From the NCBI GenBank assembly GCA_963702075.1, contig OY969703.1:2528203-2592202 (forward strand): 64,000 bases of DNA, given 5' to 3'. Positions 1-12,361 of the stretch are shown here, in pieces (within the stretch, counting starts at the first letter, position 1; each line of letters opens with the position of its first letter). Origin of the DNA: an uncultured Actinomycetes bacterium (GTDB lineage: Bacteria > Actinomycetota > Thermoleophilia > Solirubrobacterales > 70-9). Position numbers and translations under genes: made by a program. Under the pieces are notes generated by a model. That model saw only the letters and a list, made by a program, of their open reading frames with translations, ran no database searches and was not told the origin of the DNA.

Positions 1-271
1 CGGCGCCGTCAACGTCAACGACGTGATCGTCAACTACGTCGCGATGGACGTGCCGATGGGCGGGTGGAAGCAGTCAGGGATCGGGTTCCGCCACGGCGAG
101 TACGGAATCAAGAAGTACTGCCGGCCGGAGTCGCTCCTCGTCACCCGCGTCGGCGGCAAGCGCGAGCCGACCTGGTACCCCTACACCAAGGCCCGCCGGG
201 GCCTGATCAACCGTGTCGCCCAGGCGTTCAACGCTCGCGACTGGCGCCGGCGGCTCGGGCTCAAGCGCTGA
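1..271 (+). CDS. aldehyde dehydrogenase family protein, C-terminal fragment (5' end outside window)
   Basis: Frame is open from the window edge (GAVNVNDVIVNY...). It contains the ALDH C-terminal motif ...PMGGWKQSGIGFRHGEYGIKKY.... Confidence 0.75.
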   Translation, partial: GAVNVNDVIVNYVAMDVPMGGWKQSGIGFRHGEYGIKKYCRPESLLVTRVGGKREPTWYPYTKARRGLINRVAQAFNARDWRRRLGLKR

Positions 272-292
272 GGGACGGAGGTTCTCTTGTAG

Positions 293-408
293 GGAGGGGT
301 GGGTGTCCCTCTCGAAACCTGGGTTCCTCGCCTCGAAGTAGCTGTCTCTCGCTGAGTGGTCTGTGCGAGGAACAGGACGCCGGTCCCGAGAGGGACACCC
401 ACCCCTCC
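293..408 (+). promoter_or_regulatory. long perfect stem-loop (22-bp stem) between ALDH stop and metH
   Basis: 293-314 GGAGGGGTGGGTGTCCCTCTCG is the exact reverse complement of 387-408. A nested 9-bp stem pairs 323-331 with 365-373 inside the loop. Confidence 0.5.
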
Positions 409-494
409 GAGCGACAGTCCCTGACAGACGCTCAAGGGCGGAAGCGGCCTTAAAAGCTCGGTGTCTCAGTCGTCCTGTAGCTGCGTGTCGTAAA

Positions 495-622
495 GGGGGT
501 CGGCACCCCTCCGTAGGAATGTTCGGCTATATGCAATCTGATTTTTGCGGCGAAGCCGCATCAGGTTCTCCCCGCAGCGAAGCGGAGGGGAGGTCAATTC
601 CGGAGGAGGGGTGCCGACCCCC
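495..622 (+). promoter_or_regulatory. second long-range stem (18 bp) enclosing sub-hairpins, ending 45 nt before the metH ATG; candidate riboswitch or attenuator, class unassigned
   Basis: 495-512 GGGGGTCGGCACCCCTCC is the exact reverse complement of 605-622. Internal hairpins include GCGGCGAAGCCGC (about 547-559). It shares the 9-mers GGAGGGGTG and CACCCCTCC with the first hairpin. Confidence 0.4.
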
Positions 623-666
623 TGTACAGGAGCCGTGCGTACGGACCCCGGTACCCTCGTAGGTTC

Positions 667-4252
<3,586 letters not shown>

Positions 4253-4263
<11 letters not shown>

Positions 4264-5128
4264 AGCGCTCCGGCATCTCTGCCGGGTGCAGCGCCGGGCG
4301 CTGCCAGTTGCGGCCTTCGTAGGCTTCCTCGAAGCCGGCCCGTTCCAGGTTGTGGACGATGGCCGACCAGGACGCCAGATCGCATTCGCCGACCTCGACG
4401 AAGACGGTGTGGCATCCCGCCCGGTGGGCGTCGAGCAAACGCCGGTGCAGCAAGGCCGCGTTGCAGCCGCGCCCCCGCGCGTGCTCGAGCGTCGTACCAG
4501 CCCCGAGCTGTGCGACCCCGTCCGCAATCAGCATCGAACCGGTCGAGACCGGGATCTCCTCCGGCCCCAGCGCCGCGGTGTAGCAATGCCACCCGTCTTG
4601 CTGCGGCAGCGAGAAGAACAGCGTCCCCGCTACCAGCGGCATATCGAGGGCTTCGGCGGCGATCGTGCTCAGCCCTTCGCCTTCGGCTTCGTCCTCTCCC
4701 AGCCGGTAGATGACGATGCTGGGATCGATGGTGAAGTCTGGCGGCGAGCCGTCACGGACCAGTTTCACCCAGCCCGTTCCCTGCTCGTAGCCGCGCTCGT
4801 CCAGCCAAGCCTCCGCCACCCCCGCGCCGGGCCTGCCGGCGGCAACCGGGATCCGGTAGTCGACTTCGCGGGCTCGCATCCATTCCACCGCTGCCGCCAG
4901 ATGACCATCGGCGACGGCGGTGGGCTCCGCCGCTCCCTGGATCTGCTGCAGCAAGTGGACTTCGGGCAGGTCGCCGAAGGCGGTGGCCTGCACCGGCCCG
5001 AACGTCTCCACTTCAACTCCTGATTCAGAAACTGCTTCCGGAACTACCGAGTCCCACATGTCGCGCCGGAAGCGCTGCGCGACCCTCTCCAATACTGCCG
5101 AGTCGTATCTCACGGCTCCCCTTCCCAA
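4253..5128 (-). CDS. GNAT family N-acetyltransferase (two-lobed)
   Basis: 291 aa. The C-terminal lobe carries a GNAT acetyl-CoA motif (HARGRGCNAALLHRRLLDAHRAGC...ERAGFEE). The 3' end overlaps metH convergently by 11 nt. Confidence 0.6.
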
Positions 5129-5270
5129 GTTCGCGTGAGTGTTTTGGCCGATTGCTCGACTCTATGCACACCACTGTGGATTCGTCAAGGAACCTTGTCG
5201 ATCTGGCTAAGAAGTCATGCGAGCCCGCGCCTGAGACCCTCGAAGGCGGGCCGTGTGCCCTTTATCGAGA

Positions 5271-7598
5271 CTAGGCGACGCCACCGCGTTTGGCGCCGCC
5301 GGAACGGGCGCGCGGGTGCGGTTCGAGCCGCACCGGAGCGGTCTGGACCGCCTGCACTCGCAGATCGCTCCAGGTGAGCCCCTCGCGAACGAGCGCCGGC
5401 AGGCCGAGGCCCACAGCGGTGGCGATCTCGACCGCCTGGAGGATCACGCCATAGGCGAGGGCGTCGGCGGTGCTGATCCCGAAACCGGTGTGCAGAACGC
5501 TGATCACGGCAAGCTGGAAGACGCCGATATTGGAGGGCGTCGCCGGCACCACCGCGGTGACGTTGACCGCGAAGAGGACCGCTGCGGCGGCTCCGATCCC
5601 GGCCTTGCCGTCGAGCCCGAGGGCATAGAGCAGCGCCCAGCAGGCGCAAAGTTGGATCGCCCAGGCACCGAGCTGCGCGGCGGCAGCGGCCGACCCTTGG
5701 CGCGGATCGCGGAAGACGGTGAGCCCGGCGCGAACCTGCACCAGCGCCCGGTGAATCGCCCCACCCAGGCGGGCCAGGCGGCCATTGCCGTTGCGGCGCA
5801 TCAACAGTGGCGCAATCAGGAGCACCAAGAGGATGAGCACCGGCAACAGGCTGAAGGCGAAGATCTGCTTCGTCCCCGAGTGGAAGAGCGGCGTGGTCGA
5901 GACGATGATCACCCCGAGCAGAACCAGCGCGACCAGGTTCAGCATCGTCTGCGATACCAGGGTCCCGAGCAGGACCGGGAACGTTTCCCGCATTCGCCCG
6001 CTTCGTCGGGCCAAGGTCAGCGCTCGCGCAGGCTCACCCAGGCGCGCGGGCAGCGTCGCCGACATCAGCACCCCGATCATCGTCGCTGAGGTGACGTCGC
6101 GGCGGCGGATCGGCCGGTTCGGCAGCGCCGCCCGGGCGATCCAGTACCAGGAGGCTGCACGGAAGAAGAGTGAAGTCGCCATCAGCGCGCAGGCGATCAG
6201 GACCCAGGTTAGGTTCGAGCGGACGATGCTTTCGACGACGTTGTCGATGCCGATCTTCTGCGCGGCTAAGAGCGTGAGGCCTACCCCCAGCAGCCCTGCG
6301 ACCCCCAGCCCAACCCGCCTGGCGACGACGCGGCCCCTGTTGCCGGCCTGAGCAGGCGCAGGGTCGAGCGAGGGCAGCCGCTCCGCCCGTCGCTTCGGAT
6401 TGCCGTCGGCGGGCCGGATCCCCGCCCAATGGGCGAACTTTTCTCCCGCCGTCGCCGGCTTCGGCGCCGCGATCGCGCGCTCGTAGACCGCCGTCACCTG
6501 ATCGGCCACCCGTGGCCAGGCGTACCGCCGGGCGCTGCGACGCGCGGCCGCGCCCATCTCGAGCAGGCGCTCGGGCTCGTGGTGGACCCGCTGCAGCTCT
6601 TCGGCCAGGCGCTGGGGGTCGCCCGGGGGCACCAGCAAGCCGTCGACCCCGTCGCTGACGACGTCGCTGTACCCGGCGATGGCGGAGGCGATGACCGGGG
6701 TGCCGGCCGCGAAGGCCTCGGTCAGGACCATCCCAAAGCTCTCCCCGGACAGCGAGGGGGCGCAGAGGACGTCGGCGCGGTGCAGCTCATCCCAGAGGCT
6801 TGGCCCGGAGACCCGGCCGCGGATGTCCATGAAGCGCAGCAGGTCGGGGTCGGCGACGTAGCGGAGCACATCCTCCCGCTCGGCGCCGATCACGGTGAGC
6901 TTGCATGGCACGTGCTCGACCAGCGCGTTGAAGGCGGTCAGGAGAATCGGCAGACCCTTGCGCTCCTCCGGCCGGCCGACGAAGAGGATCCGCAGTTCCT
7001 CGGAAGGCGCGACCGGGTCGGTCGGCGCGGCTTCGACGTCGACCCCGTTGGGGATGATCGTGTACTCGCCGCCGAACCAGCGGCGGCCCGTCCAGGCTGC
7101 GGCCTCTGAGACGGCGATCCGGGCCGAGAGGCGGTTGAAAAGCCGACGGGCGCCGACGGCGGTGGCGATGTAGTTCGGCAGCGGCTTGGTCGCATAAGCG
7201 TGAAAGGTGCCGACGACCGGGTCGTGGGCGGCAAGGGTCGCGTTCCAGCCGACCAGCGGCACCAGCGGCTCATGGACGTGAATGACGTCGAAATCGCCGG
7301 CGCGGACGGCGCGACGTGGCGCGACCACGCCGCCGGCCGGGAAAGGTGCCAGGTTGGAGACCGATCCGTTGGCCCCGAACCCGGCCGTGCGACCGAGCGG
7401 GATCAGGTATTCGGGCAGCTCGCGGCGTTCGGCCTGCGCCCGGTGAAGGACGCGGCTGACCCGCCCAGGCGGGTCGACGGGAGCGAGGACGCGGACATCG
7501 TGGCCACGCCCGAGGAACTCCTCGGCCAAAGCCTCAACGTGCCGGTTCACGCCCCCCTGGTAAGACCAGGAATATGGCGAGACGAGACCTATGCGCAC
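5271..7598 (-). CDS. fusion protein: GT4 glycosyltransferase (N-terminal) plus flippase-like / lysyl-PG-synthase-type transmembrane domain (C-terminal)
   Basis: 775 aa. The N-terminus MRIGLVSPYSWSYQGGVNRHVEALAEEF...ESFGMVLTEAFAAGTPVIAS is PimA-like GT4. Residues from about 430 to 775 form about 8 predicted TM helices resembling the UPF0104 flippase-like domain. Confidence 0.75.
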   Translation of the reverse strand: MRIGLVSPYSWSYQGGVNRHVEALAEEFLGRGHDVRVLAPVDPPGRVSRVLHRAQAERRELPEYLIPLGRTAGFGANGSVSNLAPFPAGGVVAPRRAVRAGDFDVIHVHEPLVPLVGWNATLAAHDPVVGTFHAYATKPLPNYIATAVGARRLFNRLSARIAVSEAAAWTGRRWFGGEYTIIPNGVDVEAAPTDPVAPSEELRILFVGRPEERKGLPILLTAFNALVEHVPCKLTVIGAEREDVLRYVADPDLLRFMDIRGRVSGPSLWDELHRADVLCAPSLSGESFGMVLTEAFAAGTPVIASAIAGYSDVVSDGVDGLLVPPGDPQRLAEELQRVHHEPERLLEMGAAARRSARRYAWPRVADQVTAVYERAIAAPKPATAGEKFAHWAGIRPADGNPKRRAERLPSLDPAPAQAGNRGRVVARRVGLGVAGLLGVGLTLLAAQKIGIDNVVESIVRSNLTWVLIACALMATSLFFRAASWYWIARAALPNRPIRRRDVTSATMIGVLMSATLPARLGEPARALTLARRSGRMRETFPVLLGTLVSQTMLNLVALVLLGVIIVSTTPLFHSGTKQIFAFSLLPVLILLVLLIAPLLMRRNGNGRLARLGGAIHRALVQVRAGLTVFRDPRQGSAAAAAQLGAWAIQLCACWALLYALGLDGKAGIGAAAAVLFAVNVTAVVPATPSNIGVFQLAVISVLHTGFGISTADALAYGVILQAVEIATAVGLGLPALVREGLTWSDLRVQAVQTAPVRLEPHPRARSGGAKRGGVA

Positions 7599-7643
7599 GG
7601 GCGATCAAGAGTAGATCATCGGTCGGCAGGCGCCGACGAGCAG

Positions 7644-7853
7644 TCAGCGCCAGGCCAGCGCCAGAACGGTGCCGATCAGGCCGAGGATGCCGACCCCGAC
7701 CGTGCCGGCGAGGCCCCAGCCAATCTGGATGAGAACCCGCTTCAGGGCTGCCACCTCGCCCCGAAGTTCCCGGACGTCGTCACGGATCTCGGTGACGCGT
7801 CCGTTCAGATCGTCGAGACGGGAATCCGTCCAAGTGGACCTCATTGCCTCCAT
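7644..7853 (-). CDS. small coiled-coil protein with C-terminal TM helix (paralog of 12118-12330)
   Basis: 69 aa. GGAGG lies 3 nt upstream of the ATG. It has an N-terminal STWTDSRLDDLNGRV motif and a C-terminal hydrophobic helix. It sits between two co-oriented envelope genes. Confidence 0.55.
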   Translation of the reverse strand: MEAMRSTWTDSRLDDLNGRVTEIRDDVRELRGEVAALKRVLIQIGWGLAGTVGVGILGLIGTVLALAWR

Positions 7854-7877
7854 GCCTCCAGCCTAGGGAGCAAAAGC

Positions 7878-9653
7878 TCAAATTTGGGTCACAGAAGTGT
7901 AACTTTTCGTCTGTGACGATGTTTTCTCGCTCTTTGCACTGCTTTCTGCCCAGGCGAAGCCGGTGAAGACGAGCAGGTAGGCGGCGCCGATCTCGAGCAG
8001 GAGGGCGCCTGAATCGTTGGCGAGGGTGCCGATCGCGGTGGCGGCCAGCGCGCCCAGGAGTCCCGCTCGCATCGCCGGGCGTCCCTCCAGCCAGGCGCTC
8101 AAACGCTCCCGCCGCAGGTAGGCGAGCGCCCCGAGCACGAAGACCACGGGCAGGAACGCCAGCAGGACGGGTCGGACAAAGCTGTGGGCGGAGAGCTGAA
8201 GGCGCCGCTGGGCGACGTCGGCGAGGTCGCTGAGACCGCCGGCGTCGAGCACAGAGCGGGTCAAGTGGGCGTTGGCGCCGCTGAGCAGGTCGATCAGCGC
8301 GAGCAGCGCGAGCACGGCAAACGGCGCGGCGATCACGGCCAGGGCCGCGGTGCGCCGGCCGCGGCCGGCGACCGTGACGGCCGCAACCACGGCCCCGACC
8401 GGGAAGACGATCGCGGCGCCGACGTCGGCTCCGAACCGACCGGCGGCGAAGACGAAGGCGGCGAGCAGACCCACCCCCACGAAGGCAACCACTCGAGCGC
8501 GCTCGGATGCGCTTCGCGCGAACCCGGTTAAAGCGGCGCCGGTGCCGGCGACCACGAGCACCGCCAGCAGGGCCTCGAGCTCGTTGCCGATTCCGTAGAA
8601 GCGCACCCCCAGTCCCGGATTTGGCCCCAGCAGCGAGAGCGAGGTGAGCGACGACCCGGCGATCGCGTCGACGGCGTAGGCGGACACCGTCAGCGCCGAA
8701 GCGATCGCGAGCGCTCGGTAGCCAGGCAAGGCCCAGAGCGTTAGCGCCGCCAGCAGCGGCGATAGGAGCAGCACCAGCAGCTGTTCGGCGCTCTCCCCCG
8801 GTTCAAGCGCCGCTCCGAGCAGGAGGACGAGCGGCAGGTAGACGATCGCGAGCGCGACGACCTTCACCGCCGCCCGGGCCCGCCGCCCGCGGCTGAGAAC
8901 CGCCGCCAGCAGCAGGGCAACCAGCCAGATGACGGCGCTCAGCCCGATCACCGGCCCGCGCCGCGAGGAGATCACGTCCATGCGGTCGACCAGCGATCCG
9001 ATCGCCGCCGGGTCAACAGATCCCTCCGAACGGATCGGCTGCCCCGACATCTCGCTTGGCACCGGAATTCCGAAGTGCCGCAGGATCGTCGGCGCTACGT
9101 CAGTTGAAAGCACGTACCCATCCGTGCGCGTGCTATCCGAGGTGAGGTTGCCGTGGAAGCCCCCGCCGGCGATGCCGATTGAAACCGGTTCATCCGACTT
9201 ACCCGTAGGCCAGGCGATCGCGATCAGGAGCGCATCGCTTCTTGGCGGGGGCAGCCGGTCGAGGGAGGTCCGGGCGATTTCCGAGAACTGGGAGCGGACG
9301 TTGTTTTCTCTCAGCGTTCTCTTCAGGAGATCGGGCACGATGTCGGCGGGCGCGGATTCGGCCCGTTCCACCACTTCCAGGAACCAGCCCGCTCCACTTC
9401 TGTGCTCCGGCAGTGGCCGGTCGTAGAGGGAGTCGAAGACCCGGTTTCCCTGGCCGACGTCGAGGTACGTCTGCAATGGCGGAACCGTCCCGAGTCCGGC
9501 GCTCATCACCCCCGGCGAGAGACCGGCGTCCGCCAGCTGCTCGACCGTCGTATCGCTCGGCAGCCAGGCCAAGATCGCCCTCTGCGGTTGGGCGGCGGCG
9601 GGCGCCGGGGCCACCATTAGTCCCGTAAGAAGCAGCGCTATCGTGGCTCCCAT
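7878..9653 (-). CDS. membrane protein: exported alkaline-phosphatase-superfamily-like domain plus polytopic membrane domain
   Basis: A signal/TM segment MGATIALLLTGLMVAPAPAAA is followed by the motif STDVAPTILRHFGIPVPSEMSGQPI, typical of sulfatase / LTA-synthase-type domains. About 10 TM helices follow. The ORF could start at 9740, but 9653 avoids a long overlap with hemQ. Confidence 0.55.
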   Translation of the reverse strand: MGATIALLLTGLMVAPAPAAAQPQRAILAWLPSDTTVEQLADAGLSPGVMSAGLGTVPPLQTYLDVGQGNRVFDSLYDRPLPEHRSGAGWFLEVVERAESAPADIVPDLLKRTLRENNVRSQFSEIARTSLDRLPPPRSDALLIAIAWPTGKSDEPVSIGIAGGGFHGNLTSDSTRTDGYVLSTDVAPTILRHFGIPVPSEMSGQPIRSEGSVDPAAIGSLVDRMDVISSRRGPVIGLSAVIWLVALLLAAVLSRGRRARAAVKVVALAIVYLPLVLLLGAALEPGESAEQLLVLLLSPLLAALTLWALPGYRALAIASALTVSAYAVDAIAGSSLTSLSLLGPNPGLGVRFYGIGNELEALLAVLVVAGTGAALTGFARSASERARVVAFVGVGLLAAFVFAAGRFGADVGAAIVFPVGAVVAAVTVAGRGRRTAALAVIAAPFAVLALLALIDLLSGANAHLTRSVLDAGGLSDLADVAQRRLQLSAHSFVRPVLLAFLPVVFVLGALAYLRRERLSAWLEGRPAMRAGLLGALAATAIGTLANDSGALLLEIGAAYLLVFTGFAWAESSAKSEKTSSQTKSYTSVTQI

Positions 9654-10359
9654 GGCCGATCGCACCTTTGCCAAGTTCAGCTTCTTCAAGATCGATCCCG
9701 CCTGGCGCCGTCGCGACGCCGAGCTCCGCGCGGCCGACAAGCGAGAGTTCCTCGCCGCCTGCGAGGACTTTGCCGTCGACCGCTCGCTGCGCGCCTACTC
9801 AACCATAGGCACGCGCGGCGACGTCGACCTGGTGCTGCTGACGCAGAGCCCGAACCTGAGCGACATCCACACCTTCCACGTCGTCCTCGGCCAGAGCGGC
9901 CTGGCGAAATGGACCACCACCCCCCACTCGTTCCTCTCGATGACCAAACGCTCGCCCTACTCGGCCGAGGACGCCCGTCCGGAGATCTGCACCAGCGAGC
10001 GCAAGTACCTCTTCCTCTACCCGATGGTCAAGCAGCGGCGCTGGTACGGGCTGCCGCCGGAGGAGCGCGGCCGGATCATGAAAAGCCACATCGAGGTCGG
10101 CCGCCGCCACCCGGAGATCACGATCAACACGACCTACTCATACGGGATCGACGACCAGGAGTTCGTCGTCTGCTTCGAGGGCGACGATCCAGGCGAGTTC
10201 CTCGACCTCGTCAACGAGCTGCGGCCAACCGAGTCGAGCGAGTACACCGAGCGGGAGACGCCGATCTTCACCTGCGTGGCGATGTCGGTCGCGAAGGCGC
10301 TCGACGCCCTCGACGGGACCCCCAGCGCGGTCGGCGCCGGTGCCCCGGCGCTCGGCTGA
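9643..10359 (+). CDS. hemQ: chlorite dismutase family protein / coproheme decarboxylase
   Basis: 238 aa, with FAKFSFFKIDPAWRR...LFLYPMVKQRRWYGLPPEERGRIMKSHIEVGRRH typical of actinobacterial HemQ (ChdC). Confidence 0.8.
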   Translation: MAPMADRTFAKFSFFKIDPAWRRRDAELRAADKREFLAACEDFAVDRSLRAYSTIGTRGDVDLVLLTQSPNLSDIHTFHVVLGQSGLAKWTTTPHSFLSMTKRSPYSAEDARPEICTSERKYLFLYPMVKQRRWYGLPPEERGRIMKSHIEVGRRHPEITINTTYSYGIDDQEFVVCFEGDDPGEFLDLVNELRPTESSEYTERETPIFTCVAMSVAKALDALDGTPSAVGAGAPALG

Positions 10360-10390
10360 CGATCGTCTTTCCCTATTCTTTCGCGCTCCA

Positions 10391-11797
10391 ATGAGCAAGA
10401 TCGGAACCGAAGAGACCCCCCTGCGCGTCGCCATCGTCGGCGCCGGCCCCAGCGGCTTTTACGCCGCCGAGCACATCCTCAAAGACGGCGACCTGCACGC
10501 CCAGGTCGACCTCTTCGACCGCCTCCCCAGCCCGTTCGGCCTGGTCCGCGGCGGCGTCGCCCCGGACCACCCGAAGATCAAGTCGGTAATTCGGGTCTAC
10601 GAAAAAACCGCGGCCCGCGACGGCTTCCGCTTCTTCGGCAACGTCAAGATCGGCCACGACGTCGAGGTCGAAGAGCTGGAGCGGCTCTACCACGCCATCG
10701 TCTTCACGGTCGGCTGTGAGACCGACAGGCAACTGGGGATCCCGGGCGAGGACCTACCCGGCAGCCACGCCGCCACCGCCTTCGTCGGCTGGTACAACGC
10801 CCACCCCGATTACGCCGACCGTGAGTTCGACCTCTCCAGCGAGCGCGCGGTCGTGATCGGCAACGGCAACGTGGCGATGGACGTGGCCCGGATGCTGGCC
10901 CTGACCGACCACGAGCTGCGCCAGACCGACACCGCCGACCATGCGATCGAGGTCCTAGATCGCAAGCAGATCCGCGAGATCGTCGTCCTCGGCCGCCGCG
11001 GCCCGGTCCAAGCCGCCTTCACCAACCCCGAGATCAAAGAGCTCGGGGAGATGGAGGACGCCGACGTCGTCGTCGACCCGCAGGAGGTCGAGCTCGACCC
11101 GGCCAGCCGGGCCTTCCTCGAGTCCGACGAGGTCGACAAGACGACCCGGGTCAACGTCGAAACGCTGAAGGAGTTTTCCGAGCGTGAGCCCGAGGGGAAG
11201 AAGCAGCGGATCGTCCTCCGTTTCCTCTCCTCCCCGGTCGAGATCAAGGGCGACGGCAAGGTCGAATCGATCGTGGTCGGCCGCAACGAGCTGGTCGAGG
11301 ATGGCGGGGCGCTGCGTGCCAAGGACACCGGCGAGCGCGAAGAGCTCGAGTGCGGGCTGGTCCTGCGGTCGGTCGGCTACACCGGCATCCCGATCGAGGG
11401 CGTTCCCTTCGATGAGAGCCGGGGCCTGATCCTCAACGAGGGTGGCCGCATCCTCGACTCCCACGACGCCGGCCACAAGGTCGGCCATTACACCGCCGGC
11501 TGGATCAAGCGCGGGCCCTCAGGCGTGATCGGGACCAACAAGAAAGACGCGCTCGAGACCGTCCAGCACCTACTCCAGGACGTCGAGGCGGAGAAGCTGC
11601 TGAGCCCGGAGAAGCCGGACCCGGTCGCCGTCGAGGACCTGCTGCGCGAGCGCAACATTCGCTACGTCAGCTTCGAGGACTGGCAGGCGATCGACCAGGC
11701 CGAGGTCGGCCGCGGCGAGCCGCACGGCCGCCCGCGGGTCAAGTTCGTCCGGGTCGAGGAGATGCTCGAGACCCTCGGCGAGCCCGCCGCGAGCTAG
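10391..11797 (+). CDS. fprA: NADPH-ferredoxin reductase, FprA / adrenodoxin-reductase type
   Basis: RVAIVGAGPSGFYAAEHIL...FDRLPSPFGLVRGGVAPDHPKIKSV matches the FprA family. The start was moved to the ATG at 10391 (MSKIGTEE); the upstream extension overlaps hemQ. Confidence 0.85.
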   Translation: MSKIGTEETPLRVAIVGAGPSGFYAAEHILKDGDLHAQVDLFDRLPSPFGLVRGGVAPDHPKIKSVIRVYEKTAARDGFRFFGNVKIGHDVEVEELERLYHAIVFTVGCETDRQLGIPGEDLPGSHAATAFVGWYNAHPDYADREFDLSSERAVVIGNGNVAMDVARMLALTDHELRQTDTADHAIEVLDRKQIREIVVLGRRGPVQAAFTNPEIKELGEMEDADVVVDPQEVELDPASRAFLESDEVDKTTRVNVETLKEFSEREPEGKKQRIVLRFLSSPVEIKGDGKVESIVVGRNELVEDGGALRAKDTGEREELECGLVLRSVGYTGIPIEGVPFDESRGLILNEGGRILDSHDAGHKVGHYTAGWIKRGPSGVIGTNKKDALETVQHLLQDVEAEKLLSPEKPDPVAVEDLLRERNIRYVSFEDWQAIDQAEVGRGEPHGRPRVKFVRVEEMLETLGEPAAS

Positions 11798-12033
11798 TGC
11801 CCGCCGACCTCTCTGAGCTGAAGGGGATGATCGAGTTGGCGCTGCCCGGTGCCGCCGCCGAGGTGAGCGACGAAACCGGCACCGGCGACCACATCCGCGC
11901 CACGGTCGTCGCCCCCCAGTTCGAGGGCCTCTCCCGGATCGACCAGCACCGGTTGGTCAAGGCAGCGGTCAAAGAGCGCTTCGACGACGGCACGATCCAC
12001 GCGCTCTCGGTGAAGACCAGCCTTCCCGGCTGA
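11797..12033 (+). CDS. BolA family protein
   Basis: 78 aa. The GTG start overlaps the fprA stop by 1 nt. The motif GDHIRATVVAPQFEGLSRIDQHRLVKAAV...IHALSVKT is the BolA fold signature. Confidence 0.8.
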   Translation: MPADLSELKGMIELALPGAAAEVSDETGTGDHIRATVVAPQFEGLSRIDQHRLVKAAVKERFDDGTIHALSVKTSLPG

Positions 12034-12063
12034 ATTTCACACCTACGCGCGCATCTCTACGAC

Positions 12064-12078
12064 AAAATGTTACATTTT
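12064..12078. promoter_or_regulatory. AT-rich 7-1-7 palindrome AAAATGTtACATTTT flanked by GCGCGC on both sides
   Basis: Read directly from the sequence, 40 nt upstream of the 12118 ATG. It is an isolated AT island in GC-rich DNA. Confidence 0.25.
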
Positions 12079-12117
12079 GCGCGCCATACGTGCGATCTAT
12101 CCGCCTACGCTGGAGCC

Positions 12118-12330
12118 ATGAGATTGAGATCTACCTGGACCGATTCCCGGCTTGACGACTTCAAGGATCAAGTCAACGCCAACTTCAAAGAGCTTGGACA
12201 GCGCGTGGACCACCAGACTCACCGGATCGACACCCTTCAGCACACGATGGTGCAGGCCTTCATCGCGTTGGTGGTCATCATGGTCAGCGGCTTCATGGGC
12301 CTCGCAGGCTTGATCCTCACGCAGATGTGA
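12118..12330 (+). CDS. small coiled-coil protein with C-terminal TM helix (paralog of 7644-7853)
   Basis: 70 aa counted from the internal ATG, which is preceded by GGAG. It begins MRLRSTWTDSRLDDFKDQV and ends in the hydrophobic helix FIALVVIMVSGFMGLAGLIL. Confidence 0.5.
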   Translation: MRLRSTWTDSRLDDFKDQVNANFKELGQRVDHQTHRIDTLQHTMVQAFIALVVIMVSGFMGLAGLILTQM

Positions 12331-12361
12331 GCCGAGCAAGGCCTCTCCCTACAATGCCCCC

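Noticed and set aside
495-622. Assigning the metH leader to a specific riboswitch class (cobalamin, SAM-I, SAM-IV or SAH)
   Set aside because: I could not find the B12 box (GCCACUG-like) or the conserved SAM-I junction sequences by eye. Only generic structure is visible, so the class is left open and must be tested with covariance models.
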